Shown here piece after piece: positions 1-13,165 of a DNA stretch of 54,309 nt (positions are counted from its first letter, which is position 1; every line of letters starts with the position of its first letter). A model generated the notes under the pieces. That model worked only from the letters and a program-made list of their open reading frames with translations. It did not search any database and had not been told where the DNA came from. This stretch comes from Octopus bimaculoides (lineage: Eukaryota): the NCBI RefSeq assembly GCF_001194135.2, contig NC_068985.1:60792579-60846887 (forward strand), in the 5' to 3' direction. The position numbers were made by a program, and so were the translations under genes.

Positions 1-32
<32 letters not shown>

Positions 33-712
33 AATTTTTTAATGTTGGCATGAGTCGGCCAAGTTTCACAGTACATTACTGACCTTTGACAGTATTGTGT
101 TTGAGATTAAATTTGCAAACCTAGTTACAACTGTAGATGTTTAATACAGATATATTAAGTTTCACTGTGACAATACACTTCAGGGCTAAACGAAGGTCTC
201 TCATCAACCAGGACAGCGGACAGGGGTATTTAGTTTTAGTTTCCACTAAAGATTCATCAAAACTAGCTTACTTTCTCCTAACTACTGAGAGAAACTAGTG
301 ATATTACTTACAGAATATGTATAAATGTATTTATTATAAACATACAAATATATAGATATAAATGTATAAATGTTTTATAACATATAGATGTATTAATATA
401 AATGTTCTCAAGTTTCACTTCTTTTCTTCCTGTAACTGAGAAATTATAAGATTGGTGCAGTTTTAATCACATCTGCACAGATGTCTGCATGCATTAATTG
501 GTGCATCAACAATGTATATGAGACCATGGGGTCTATTTTCCCAGTGAGGTAAAAATGTTTGTCAAACACATACATGGTTGCAAGATTTGACTCAGAAAAC
601 ATCAGAGCAAACATTAAACAAATCAACATATTTTCCTGCCTGTTTAACCAAACAGGAACAAATGAAAGTGGCTGTACTATGATTTCACGCACACACTAGA
701 TAGATATCTCAC

Positions 713-809
713 CTGTTCATCAATTAAATGCATCTTTTCATTCTGTGCCTGTGCCAGCAATCTTTCCAGTTCAGATAGTTTCTCCATGTGGTCATTATCA
801 CTGCTCAGA
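713..809 (-). CDS. PHLDB1: PHLDB-like internal coding exon, phase 2-0: (S)LSSDNDHMEKLSELERLLAQAQNEKMHLIDEQ
   Basis: Acceptor gttttctttttcag; donor CAG|gtgaga; 97 nt. Matches recalled PHLDB2 RIEEMERLLKQAHAEKTRLLE. Phase fits both the 33134 and 10520 donors. Confidence 0.9.
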
Positions 810-916
810 CTGAAAAAGAAAACAATTGGATATACCAACAAGGATAATGGTCAATGTAATAGTAAAGTAATTAGTTCATTGACTGCAATAGATATTGCAC
901 TGTGGTCCTAACCAAA

Positions 917-950
<34 letters not shown>

Positions 951-1329
951 CCCGTTTTGATAAACACACACACATTAATCAATTACATGAACAATTTGAA
1001 CTGAGAGAAAGAGAGAAAAATTCAGAAAAAGCTACCAATGCAAGTAATATAACAATAACAACAACAACATTGATACACACCAACAAACAAATTTTTAGAT
1101 AGGAAATAATTCTTGTGAACAATTTCCTCGAAAGGAATGATAGAGTAAAAAATCTAGAGTTAACAAGATAACAAAACTGTAGTGAATCATGACTGCCACT
1201 ACCTAATGTTAGCTCTGTAAGTTCAAATCAGGCTGAAGTCGACTGCTTTCCAATCTACTATATGAAACACCTCACCATTTTTCCTCCCCGAATTTGTGAA
1301 GACATGATGATGAAAATCATTGTCATCAC

Positions 1330-1515
1330 TGCATATCTTGGGCAAGAAAACCTGGTGGAACCCCTCCCTCTCCAGGCTAAACTCATTTCCACAGCTGAGT
1401 GGACCGGAGCAATGTGAAATGAAGTGTTTTGCTCAAGAACACAATGTATCACCCAGTCCAGGAACTGAAACCACAATCTTACAATTGTGAGTCCAACACC
1501 CTAACCACTAAGCCA
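1330..1515 (-). mobile_element. Third tRNA-derived SINE family
   Basis: ggcttagtggttagggtgttggactcac...gtgttcttgagcaaaacacttcatttcacattgctccggtccactcagc; related piece at 32940-33080. Confidence 0.65.
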
Positions 1516-2960
1516 TTTTTTGCAATTTGTCTCTGTTCTGTCTCCTTTCATCTTACACTTGTAGAAAAATAAAACATCATTGTCATCGCTGTCATCCTCA
1601 TCCATTTAACATACACTTCCCTGCTGGCATGGGTTGATAGTTCATCGGTCAGTCCTTATTTTATTGTCCTCCTGGGCAGGCCAAAGGATCATATGTGCCA
1701 GTAATCTTTGGTGACCTGGTAGACTTGTTAGCACGTAGAACAAAGTACTTAGTAGCATTTCTTCTGACTCTTTACATTTTGAGTTAAAATCCAACCAAAA
1801 TCAACTTCGCCTTTCATCATTTTGGGGAGGCACTAAAATAAAGGGCCTGTTGAGTACTGGGAGTCAATGTAATTGATTTAACTTAGATTGATGGCCGTGT
1901 GCCAAAAGTTGAATCATTATCATTATCATTAACATCATTATTATTATTACAATTATTAAGGTAGTGAGCTGAAAGAATCACTACCTTAATAATAGTAATA
2001 ATAATAACAGAAATGCTTAGTAGCATTCCATCCATCTTTACGTTCTGAGTTCAAATTTTGCTGGGGTTGACTTTGCCATTTGTTCTTTTGAGATCGATGA
2101 AATAAGCACCAGTATAACACTGAGAGTGATATAATCAACTAGCCCACTCCTACAAGATTTCTATAATAGAAAGGATCATCATCATCATATGGTATCCATC
2201 AGTTATTGTCCTTGATAGTGTTGTTTATCTCTAAATCAGCCCTGATATCAAGATAACTCATGATCATTGGCCATCCTTCTCTTTAAGAGATATTCAAAAG
2301 TTTCAAGACAGTGGGGTGCAATTTGAGAGAAATTTGGCTGCTGTCTCTAGCAGGACTAGCAGGTACGTAAATACCCCTTACTGACCTTTGATATTTTGAC
2401 AAAGGGCCACTAGAAAATCTCTATTCTTTGTTTCTATTTCAATGGATACAGCGTAAAAAGAAACACCTTTCTTTTCTTTTCTCTCCCCTATCCCAACCAT
2501 AAAGAAAAATCTAAGAGAAATGTTAAAAGCTGAGAACTAAATATGTGAAACATAATGTTGGCATTAAAGTTTTATCAGAAATATTGAGTGTCTGAAACAG
2601 TATCAATGGCAAGGAAGAATTAAATGGGGAAGAGGTGTCACAATATAGTAAGGTTGATGTAATAATAATACCAAGTGTACTGATGGTTGCGAGGGAATGG
2701 AGAAGAAAAGATGTTAACTGAATGATGAATAAGAGAAGGCAGAGTTGTCAGGGCTATGATAATAGTAATAACAGTAATAGTTGTAGTAGTAATAATAATC
2801 ATGATGATAATAATAATGTCTGTAATAGTAGTAGTAACAATGATGGTAATAACAACAACAACAATAATAAAGAAAAAACATCAGTAGCAAAATTCCATCT
2901 GGTTTCGTGACGGCCATGAAATGCTGGCAAAAATAGAAGAGAGAGAGAGAGAGAGAGAGA

Positions 2961-3013
<53 letters not shown>

Positions 3014-4579
3014 ACAAAGAATAATGTTAAGTGAATATTGAAATGGTAAGAGCCGTAGGCAATCATGATTTTCACACCATTGTGTTTGTGATGCAAGACT
3101 AAAAGAGAAGAGAGATGGAGGAAAGGGAAAAGTGAGACAAAAAGGAAGGAGAGAGAACGAGTGAAAGTAGAGTGTGAGAAGGAAAGAGAGAGAAATGAAG
3201 AAAAATGGAAAGAGAGGAAGAATAGTGGAAATAGTGAGTATAAGAAAAGGAGGGATATGGAGACAAGGATACTGAGAGACAAAGATACAGAAAGGAGTAT
3301 ACTACGAGAGAAAAGATAGGAATGGAAAGGGAGTGAGAGGGAGCAAATAATTTGAGAGAACACTTAGAGTGTATTTCTGGAATATTCTGACAGTAAATGG
3401 ATGAGAAATGAATAAAAGATTACCATTCATTTTTTTTTTTTAAAGTCAAAACCAGAGTTTCAGTAAAATTTCTTCAATAATCAGTCAACATTTCTTTGAT
3501 ATCCATTCAATGCCTTCATTTAATACAACACTTCCTCAACACTTAGCAAATATCTTGATACAACACTTCTTCAACACTTAAATGTCTGGATACAACACTT
3601 CCTTAACACATAGCAAAATTTAGGCCTTCTGCCTAAATTTTGAGGGGAGGGGAAAATTTGATTGGCTGGTCCATAATTTTATCAACCCCAGAGAGAATAA
3701 TAATAATGATAATGATGATGATAATAATAATAATAACAATAATGGTTTCTAATTTTGGCTCAAGGCCTGCAATTTGTAGGAAGTAGATAAGTCTATTACA
3801 TCAACTCAGTGTTCAACTGATACTTACTTTATTAACCCCAAAAGAATAAAAGGCAGAGTCAACCATAGTGGAATATGAGCCTAGAACATCATCATTGTCA
3901 TCATAGTAGTAGTAGCAATGATACCAGAAAAACAATGAGTGGTTTAATCAAAGTTGCTCAACATGAATACCTACTCATCAAACACCACCACCACGCCGTC
4001 GCTGCCACCACTGCCAGCAGCAGCAGCAGCAGCACCACCACCACCACCACAGGCACTGCACCACCTTCAATTTATAACCCTACTTAGTAAATAAATGATC
4101 AAGCTCCAGAAGGTTTTTTTGCAACCAACATTAATTATCCACTGAATAAACAAAAATTACTTCTCTATTTTATTTCTATTCCACCAGATTAAGTTCAATT
4201 TCTTATTTTTTTTATTTCTTTCTTTTTATTTCCTCTCTTTCAATCATCTTCTTTGCCTGTCTCCAACTCCTCTTCATTCCTTGGCTATTTATTGCTGACC
4301 CTAACTCCTCTGTCTTCTTTCATATCAATTGTAATGGGTAGCATTCTAAAGTCTACTCAGAGTACCTTGTTTAGCCTCAGATCAAAGCTAATCAAACAAA
4401 CCAATAAAGATATTCCAGTCATGACCACCCAGTCTTTTTTTTCTTCAGGCGATGGTATTTTTTTAGTGCTATTGTTTAACCCCAGGTCAGTCCTGATCAA
4501 ACAAAATACTTTTGATCATAAGTCTGCTAGATTAACAATAAAACATATGCTGGCATAACTGTAATTATTTGGTTTAACC

Positions 4580-5570
4580 CAGAAAGAAGACATATAACAA
4601 AACTCGGAGATGAGTGAAACCACAATACCAAAAAAGACATTCCAAATAAAGTCTGAAAATATGACAAGAATAGACAGAGTTGCTATTGTGTAAATACAAA
4701 CACAATGAAGTACATAGAGAGGTGATTCTATTTAGAAGTAGGTCAAAACTATGAGCTAGAGGGGGAGTCTATAGTAACTAAAATCACCAACGAATCATAC
4801 CCTGCAATCTTCATAAGATTACCGGTTTGTTAACAGTGTCTTGTTTGAATGTTTGAAATCTGGATGACAGAAGTTATAGATTTTTAGCTGACATTGAATG
4901 GATAGATGGATATAAATGCCTATTTTTGTTTTATTTTACATGCTGGGTCTAAAGGAAAGGGAAATGCCCATAGCCTTCGCAGTCTCTCTTAGATTGGTGA
5001 GATTGCTACCATAAATGTTCCTCTTGAACATTTGTAAGCCAAATCCTTGTAGGTTTGCAGAAAAGATATGAGCAGGGAGAGAGAATTCAAAGGGATGATG
5101 TTGTAAGAAGGAAGGATAAGATGGAGTGATTAGTAAGAGGTTGAAGGGTAGTGATGGGAGGAGATGAGTGGGTTAGAAATGCCTGAGTAATGGTAGTGGA
5201 ATGAACCCAGCTACTCCAAGCAACAGAGACCATTAGAAAAGGCAGGACACCTGTAAGTCAGAGGAGTGTGTCTTTGACTCTATGCCAATCAAGTGAATGG
5301 CTCTTTTCTGGATGCAGTCTAGGGTGTCTGTGTGTAGCAGTAGTAGTAGTAACAGCTGTGTGTCAGTTCTGAGCCTCATTATAAACCTCACGAGCTTAAT
5401 GAAATATCAGTAATTGTCTTCTGACCTTGAAGAGAAGACCCAGTGATTGGGATGTGAACTGCAATGTTAGATACAATATCTTAGTTGATAGAAAAGCAGG
5501 AACCATCTGGACTAATCTTAATCCTGGGTTGAGACTTCCTCAGCTCCTGAATACCCTCTTTAACTGCCAA
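4580..5570 (-). mobile_element. L2/CR1-group LINE 3' relic
   Basis: Minus strand reads LDCIQKRAIHLI near 5286-5325 and NSLPAHIF..YK..AYKCSR near 5030-5090, a degenerate RT C-terminal region. Confidence 0.6.
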
Positions 5571-6210
5571 TGGAAAAACTTCTAATAAACCTACCACTAA
5601 TATATAAATTAAACAAACAAATTAGTCCATCCTTTTTACCTAAGTTCTGAGTAATAATGAGTTTATAAGCAGTGTCATCACTAAGGTATCTGTTTACACA
5701 CACACACACAAACAGTGTTGGTTACAGATATATTCTATAATAAAGTATAGCATTGTCCTTAAAAGAACACATTAGATATTATAATCTATAGTGTGCTATT
5801 TTCTGAATACAAAACGGAAGTCATGGAAGAAATAGATTTGACCAGATATCTACTTGATCAGCAGCAACTTGGGGCGAAACAGCAACAACTGGTAGTTAAT
5901 AAGTCTATCTAGTGAAACGGTAGGGATTATAACAGCTGCCTAGAAACATTAAAAAAACAAAAAAAAAATCATTACAAGGAGACATTGCTTTTAGATGCAG
6001 TGGGTTGTAAATAGTGAAACTGGTGTCATTCACAGGACATAAGTGACCATGTGACTTACACAGCAGGTACTAACTGATACTGGATACCTACATAGATATA
6101 ACCACACAGAGAGAAGATACTTGAACAGAAAGAAAACTAGTTCATTTTTATTACCAGTTGCTACTTCAGTTAAGTGATGATGCGGTGATGATGTTGGCTG
6201 CCATTAATAT

Positions 6211-6264
<54 letters not shown>

Positions 6265-6714
6265 GAGAGAGATGTGTACTAAGCCTGGACAAATCAGTAG
6301 TATGTTAACTGTGTGATAGCAAGTATATTGTGGTGGTTTAGTCACAGGTCAGTATTGATTGAATCTCAAGTAAAAGACATTCTAACTATGACCTTCCAGT
6401 CTTTTCTATACCTAAAACTACATTTTCAAATATATTTCCCTTTTAAGACAATAAGATATAATTTGAAGAGATTTAGCTACCATTTCCAGCAAGTCTATTG
6501 AAAGTGTTTGGTGATTGACAATAAAATCTATATGCTAATCGTTAAATACAGTAATAGTGTTTTGTTTTGTTTTTTAAACTATAATCACATCTTTAATTAC
6601 AGAAACACTGTTTTCATTGTAACTAGATTTTTAAAGAGGATGAAAAGAAAAGATGAAGTGATGAGCAGTGCACCAAATTCTATTTGGTTTATTACACCTG
6701 TATCTATACAATTA

Positions 6715-6950
6715 AGTTACATCAAGTTTATACACTCTAGCTATATCTAGTTTATATACTCTAATTATATCTGGCTTATATACTCTAGTTACATCCAGCT
6801 TATTTAAACTGTTTATATTTGGTTTACTGAATCTAGTTTTTAAATTACATCTAGTCAGTTTATATTACATCTAGTTCTATTTGATTCATTCTATCTGGGT
6901 TACTAAATCTAGTTCTATCTGGTATATTTAAGTTATATCTAATTTAGTTA
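6715..6950. repeat. Degenerate short-period tandem repeat (atctagtt-like)
   Basis: tctagtt / tctagct / tctggtt recur every 10-15 bp. Confidence 0.6.
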
Positions 6951-7032
6951 TACTGAAAGTAACTGGAACATGACATTTGTTTCAACAGTGAGCATCTGTG
7001 TATTCTGATTGAATGATTAGTTACAATTTTCT

Positions 7033-7243
7033 TTTCTACTCTAGGCACAAGACCCGAAATTTTTGAGGAGGGGGCCAATCGATAAGATCGACCCCAGTAC
7101 GCAACTGGTACTTAATTTATCAACCCTGAACAGACGAAAGGCAAAGTTGACCTTGGTGGAATTTGAACTCAGAATGTAAAGACAGACAAAATGCTGCTAA
7201 GCATTTCGCCTGGCATGCTAATGTTTCTGCCAGCTCGCCACCT
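7033..7243 (-). mobile_element. Near full-length tRNA-derived SINE (abundant family, Meta-domain-like)
   Basis: ggtggcgagctggcagaaacattagc...ttctgagttcaaattcc...ctttgcctttcgtc...gataaattaagtaccag. Further copies at about 1710-1915, 1959-2185, 3745-3875, 19862-20005, 20046-20260, 28755-28940 and 49225-49360. Confidence 0.8.
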
Positions 7244-7478
7244 TGGTGATGACAATATAGTGATGATGATGGCAGTGGTGGTAATGTTGAAAGTGATGAC
7301 AAATATTTCCAAATATTATTTTTAGGTTAGCCAAATCTACTGATGTATCCATTTTAAATTCTTATGAAGTCTTGAAATCTGCAAAATGTGAAATCCTCTT
7401 TAACTGAGCAGGAACTTGTGATTGGGTCATTAGCTCAAAGTTTTAGGTTGGATAGCAAAGACATATATACAAGATTAA

Positions 7479-7698
7479 CCCTTCAGTATTCAAACTGGCC
7501 ATATCAGGCCCAGATATTCTACATGTTTTATGTTCAAATTAATTAGATCAGGTTTCTCACAACTACCCTACAGTGTTATTCTAAAAATAAACAATCACAT
7601 CACTGAAACCTCAAAGCTACAAGATAATATATGATTAATTCAAAACAATGTGGTTAAATAAACATTACATTTGACAGAGTAATCTGAATACTAAAGAG
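7479..7698 (+). mobile_element. piggyBac-type MITE, copy 1
   Basis: TTAA at 7475-7478 and 7699-7702; TIR cccttcagtattca / tgaatactaaagag; homologous to 31520-31736. Confidence 0.75.
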
Positions 7699-7729
7699 TT
7701 AAAGGTGTCAAGGAATTTTATAGTCTGGC

Positions 7730-8030
7730 CATATTATTTTTGTCTTGTATCCATACTCTTCAGTGGAAACAGAGACAGCCTGGAAGATGAGAACTGTTGT
7801 ATAGAAGATGGGGTGGGTATTTAGAAAGACCTTTCAGCAATCATCTGGTTCAGACAGCTACACCATGGCCATGGCTAGCTGGAGAACAAGAAAAATGGTA
7901 CAAAGATCAGCTGAAAATCATCTTGAAGAATGGAAGGCATTGCTGCCAACTGTTCTCTTTGGTGTTATGGATGAAAAACACATTTAGAATTACCAGGAGA
8001 TATAAAGGAAGCGATAAACATGCAGATTAA
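7730..8030 (+). mobile_element. RTE-clade LINE 3' fragment
   Basis: RWGGYLERP...GEQEKWYKDQLKIILK resembles RTE LRW.GHV.RM...GGQKKRYKDQLK. Confidence 0.6.
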
Positions 8031-8479
8031 CACTTGACCTCTCTAACCAAACATTTCTATGTCTTATATATAATTGAGCTGCACATTAAAGATTGAAGTG
8101 TACAGTCATCAAAAAATTGGCAATAGACAGAGGAGATGATCATCTTAGAATCTGATGGACAACCAATTAGCAAACAAGCATCAAAAATGGTAATTCTTGA
8201 TTAGTAATATGTTAGAATTGTTAGTAACTGCTACAAAGAGATGGCCCTGGAACAGACATTCTGAAGGGAGATTTACAACTGATCTAGCATAGAAGAGCTG
8301 CTGTAGATGTATAAAGAACTATATTTCTTCTGTCACATGTACACACACACGCACACACACACACAAGTAATATACATCTCACACAGACATATGAAAGGTA
8401 TAGATATATTTTTGCTTGTGGTTAAATAATGAAAGATCCAGCTGTGGAAATCTCTCTTTCTTTCTTTTCCAAACACAGT

Positions 8480-9020
8480 TAATTGCTTCATATGGGAAAA
8501 ACCGCAAAGAAACGAAGTCACATACTGGACAGTTCAAAGATATTTCTGACGGTATCAAATATATAATGTCATATAAATGGTTATCAATAACAGTGAAAAG
8601 AGTCTTAGATGCATACATAGAACCCATTCTCACAGATGGTTGTGAGACCTGGAACATTGACAAGAATGAAAGCTTACCAATGCTGCAGCGATGTGGTACC
8701 TTTGATGAATGTTCAAGATGACTATGTACAAGGGGTGACAATCATTGAGGTCCTCAGATGAGCAAAGACCATCAGAAAGTTTCTTAACAACATAAACAGG
8801 AGAGAATTGTCTCAGTTCATTGGACAAACACTATATGAGATGACAAGAAGGTGACAACAGGGAAACTGAAAAGAAGTTGTTAGGGAAAATAATGAGAGAA
8901 GCTACTTGATAGTCTTACCACCTGGCTAAAGAAAAACTAGCCCAATAAACTGCTATGCGAAGAACAGGGGGGCATGGAGGTCCCTAGTCTATGACACCTG
9001 TAGGCATGGTTCATGAAGAG
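8480..9020 (+). mobile_element. RTE-clade LINE fragment (post-RT region)
   Basis: KRVLDAYIEPILTDGCETWNI (YGCETW motif), then AAMWYL..M and EVL. Confidence 0.65.
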
Positions 9021-10357
9021 AGTAAAAAGTGTATAAGGACCACTTTATCCAATGTCTTCATAGGATGGATAGGGTATGCTTTGAGGAATATTTGGCTGTT
9101 ATTTCTAACAGGTCACACCATCATGTAGAATTTCTTTTGCTGGCTGGATCTAATATAGTTAATGTGTGGCCCCAAGTTAATGAAGTAAATCTTCAATCAC
9201 ATGTGACCATCTCCTCTTGCTCAACCCATTAATGCATAAAATATAATTTCCAAATTGTCCTGCTTTTGGGACACTATGTATGAATGGGTTACAACAGTGT
9301 ATCTAAAACTACATTATCCAATGTGTTCATCTTTTTGGCAGAATGTTATTTGAGAGAGATTCTGGCTGCTTTTTCTATAGCAGGGCAAACAACTGCAATG
9401 ATGGCTTTTGGTAACCTTCTCTCCTTTTATGGGTGATTAGAACTTAGACACTGATTGTATGTCTAAGTGCTAGACAGTTTACTCAATGAGAAGAAAGTGG
9501 AGAGATAAGGTAAACTATTAGGAAAGTAGATAGAAAATAGTGGGAACACATAAGACATAGATGTGTGATGAAAATAGAATGAGAAAATAATAAGAAAATG
9601 ATATCATGACAATATCTGTGAGATATTCAGATAAAAAACATCTTAAACATATTAGTTAAGATTGTACAAAGAATACCTGGTTTATCAGTAAAATTATTAA
9701 CAAAAAAAAAAAAACATTGAAGAAACATGACAAAGTCTATATTAGCTGTAAAAATACACTGAAAAAATATTAACGATGGCCTAAATGGAAATATATAACA
9801 AAATTTATTAATTTGTTGATCAGATGCCCAATAGAGGAGTTTAACAAATGAACAGAGACAATGTAGGGTGGAGAAGATTCTTTAGTCCTGCTGCAGATAT
9901 GACAACTCCTTAAGTGTTGGTGCCAGAATAAAATACTCTTAGTACCATTCCTCTAGCTAACCATGAAAGGGTTGATGAAAGGAATGGCATCCAGAAACCA
10001 TGCAAAAACATGGAACTTAAGAGCGAGTTGTGGTTGCTGATCTGTCTCAGAAGTAACTCAAAATAAGAACTGATTTGTATCCTCACCTACCTTACACAAG
10101 ATGGACTTTGCTTTGTGCCCTCCATCAAGGCCGGAGTTGATATAATCAACTTATACCCTTGAAGGCACTGCTTCAGCCTGGTCACCGTCTAATGACTAAA
10201 ACCAGTTAAAGAATAAACAAGTTTTGCAGACATATTTCCCATATCAGCATAATCAACATTGCAAACATTTAATAGCAAACATTAGCACAATGCAATGAGA
10301 GAAGGTGGAGGATCAGTGGAGGATAAACCCCAGTATTTTACTGGCACTTTAATTTAT

Positions 10358-10399
<42 letters not shown>

Positions 10400-10519
10400 C
10401 TCAAAGTATTCAACATCAATACAGACATCACATACTTGAAAGTATTGAATATGAAACTAGAAAAATTTAATCAAATAAAAACAATTCTTTTTGTATTTGT
10501 TTTTGGTGAAAATACTCAC

Positions 10520-10653
10520 CTAAAGAAGTCCATAGGGCGGCCACAGAACCAACAATATTCCAGCTGAAAGCTTTTAGCAATTGCTTGTCTAGTACTAGTT
10601 GATGGGACTACAATTCCGTTACGTCCTGCCATGTTAAGTGGATCTGTAGCCAT
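10520..10653 (-). CDS. PHLDB1: Probable alternative first coding exon of the PHLDB-like gene: MATDPLNMAGRNGIVVPSTSTRQAIAKSFQLEYCWFCGRPMDFF
   Basis: aacATGG start at 10653 with an in-frame TGA five codons upstream; a second in-frame aacATGG; 44 open codons plus AG; consensus donor AG|GTGAGT; phase 2 matches exon 809-713. Confidence 0.7.
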
Positions 10654-13108
10654 GTTAACTCCAACGTGTCAACATTTATCAGTCCATCTTTGCAGATAGA
10701 GAATGGGACTATTTATGGATATTTACACACACAAAAATATATTTTCTTTTTTTTCACAAGAAATTACTTTTGCAAGTCCATTTCTAAATAATCACATGAA
10801 AATGTGATTTGTTCTTCATGAAGTCAGACAAGTAAAACTATCAGATAATCAATTGAATAATCCCTGAAGGATTGCAGTAAATTCTCAGGTTTCCATGTTT
10901 CCCATGATATGTAAGAGGAGTGTGGAGATTACAGGATAATCTTGGTTCTTAGCAAGAAAAGATTTCTCAAATAGTTCATATTGGCAGATAAAACAAAAAC
11001 ATGGTTTTGTTATGTGTCCTTGAGTTGGCAACAGAGAATGGTGTGTATGTGTTAGGTATGTAGGTGTTAGATGTGTATATAAACATACATACATACATAG
11101 AAGTGTAATTAAAAGATACTTGGATGGGTGAAAGTGTGTGTGCACAAAATTAATTCAGAAGAGAAATTCAGATAAGTAAAATCAGTATAACAGGAGGGAT
11201 ATATATGGAGAAACATAATAATAAGAATTTACAGACATGGCCTCATTTATATCAAAATTTATTGTTTAACTACGGGTAAACCCTGATCATGTCATTTTTT
11301 CAAAGATCCAGTATATGTTGGATTATATAGTCAATGTGTCCTTTTTTAAAAGGCTGTAAGGTGTAATTTGAAAAAGATTTTGGCTTAGTATTGCAGAGGT
11401 TTGCTTGTTGACAGTCAAAAGTCATTATTTACTGAGTGATGTAACATTGTGTACATGTTCTGGTAAAATATGGAAGCTAATTTTTTTTTTCCCAGGGAAC
11501 ATCTTAGTGATTATAGCCACACTAAAAGCTGACTTCAACTAAAGCCTAAAATTACTAAATAACTGCCAAATTATATGTAGAAAGCCAAATCACCAAGATA
11601 ATAATTACAACTAGACTAATGACCCAGTCCCCTCTATTTTCTGTTTTCTTTTAGTACTAACATAACAATTAAATTCTTTAGTTTGGGAGGTCAAATCAAT
11701 CAGAAAATTGGGAATGTATTTCTAGTAGAATTAGGAATCTTTTATCACTATAGAACAAGGGTATTTGCTGGTTAATATTAAAGAGCCACAAGTTTATAAA
11801 TGGAACTATATATGATCTGTTCCATGCCCCTTATCCTATACAAGATACAAACATGATATTAATAAACAAGAAATTGATTGCTTGTTAGAATAATGTAACA
11901 ATAGATAAGAAACTTAATCATTTAACCTAAGTGCTCAAAATGAAATTCCCAAAACAGTTGGTAAAGTGAAAGTGGAGTTTAATACTATGAATTATTCAAT
12001 GTGGGAAATCAATTGTAATTTAGAGGAAAACTTGCTATTTTTGATATTAATATAATAGATTAATAAAAAAGAAAAATTAATTCAAAAGTTTTAGGTGACT
12101 TGTTAAATCTTGTTTTTTGCATTCCCCCTTATCCAAGTTTCCCTGTTTCATGTGTATATAAATACATTGGGATCAGGTTTTCTGATTAACTGAGGGTATT
12201 AAATCTAGAAAGCTCTGTAAAACACAACCATGCAAATAAAATGGAAGGGAGCAATTTCGGCTGTCATGTGTGAAAGAATATTAGATTTTGGACAAAGGAA
12301 ATTTAGAAGAGTAATGAAATAAGGAGGGTTTATAATATGAACATCAAATACAAATTAATCAAAATACCATTGACAGTTGTTTGAGAAAGAGCTTAAACAA
12401 AGAATGGGTAATACAAAAATTGAATTTTTCATGTCAACAATGGTTGAGGTAAGACTTCGGTTAACACAGCAAAGCAAAAACCAATATATGAGGTTTTAAT
12501 TTGATTACAAAATAAAATAGGTAACAATAATTATAACAAATATGCATAATATTGACATTATTTTAGAAAAGAACTGTTTTCATTGAATTGTTATAAATAT
12601 TGAAATATATCTATGGAAATAGAGTTTGAGACTGTTTAAATTTACAAATTGATTTCAATTAGACATAAGCAACAATAACAAGTATAATGTAATAAGTTTA
12701 TGAATCTATGATACATAACAGTTGTAGGGCCTTGACGTACTTCAAAAACATCAAGGTATCAAAACAATGTTACTCAAGGAGGTAGTTTTAGAACAAGGTG
12801 CAGAACAGAATGGTATAGATAGGAACAATATTAACTTTAAGTAAAAAGGACAGGGAACTAGAAACAGTTGAAGCAACACTGAAACGAGAGAGTTAAATAA
12901 GCTGAGTGAATAGTTGGATTCTAAGAAGACAGTTTGCCCAACCAAAATAACGGAAGCACAGAACAACAACAATAATTATTTCGAAGTTTTTGAAAGGGTT
13001 CTTAAGTGTCAGAAATATTGATTTTGATTGTCAAGGAAAAAAATTTCTTTTATTGTCATAATTAAAAAAGACAAGAAAAAATTGTCAGTTTAGATTTTGA
13101 CTTTCAAC

Positions 13109-13165
13109 GTTAGGATTTACAAAAAGTTAGGATTTACAAAAAATTAGGATTTACAAAATAGGTTG
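13109..13165. repeat. 17-bp tandem repeat, about 3 copies (gttaggatttacaaaaa)
   Basis: Direct reading. Confidence 0.85.

Noticed and set aside
2714-3363. Long low-complexity ORFs (SLSL, NNN, YYY), and similar ones at 19331-19813 and 29619-30014
   Set aside because: Translations of microsatellites and GA-rich tracts.
3875-4087. ORF with His/Ser/Thr runs
   Set aside because: Starts inside a SINE and is carried by CAC/CAG triplet repeats; no convincing splice sites or homology.
10519-10552. Hammerhead-like ctaaagaagtcc...ggcc on the + strand, or an AG|GT recursive splice site on the - strand
   Set aside because: Both core motifs (CUGANGA, GAAA) are broken. The sequence is better explained as the 3' end and donor of the candidate first exon.
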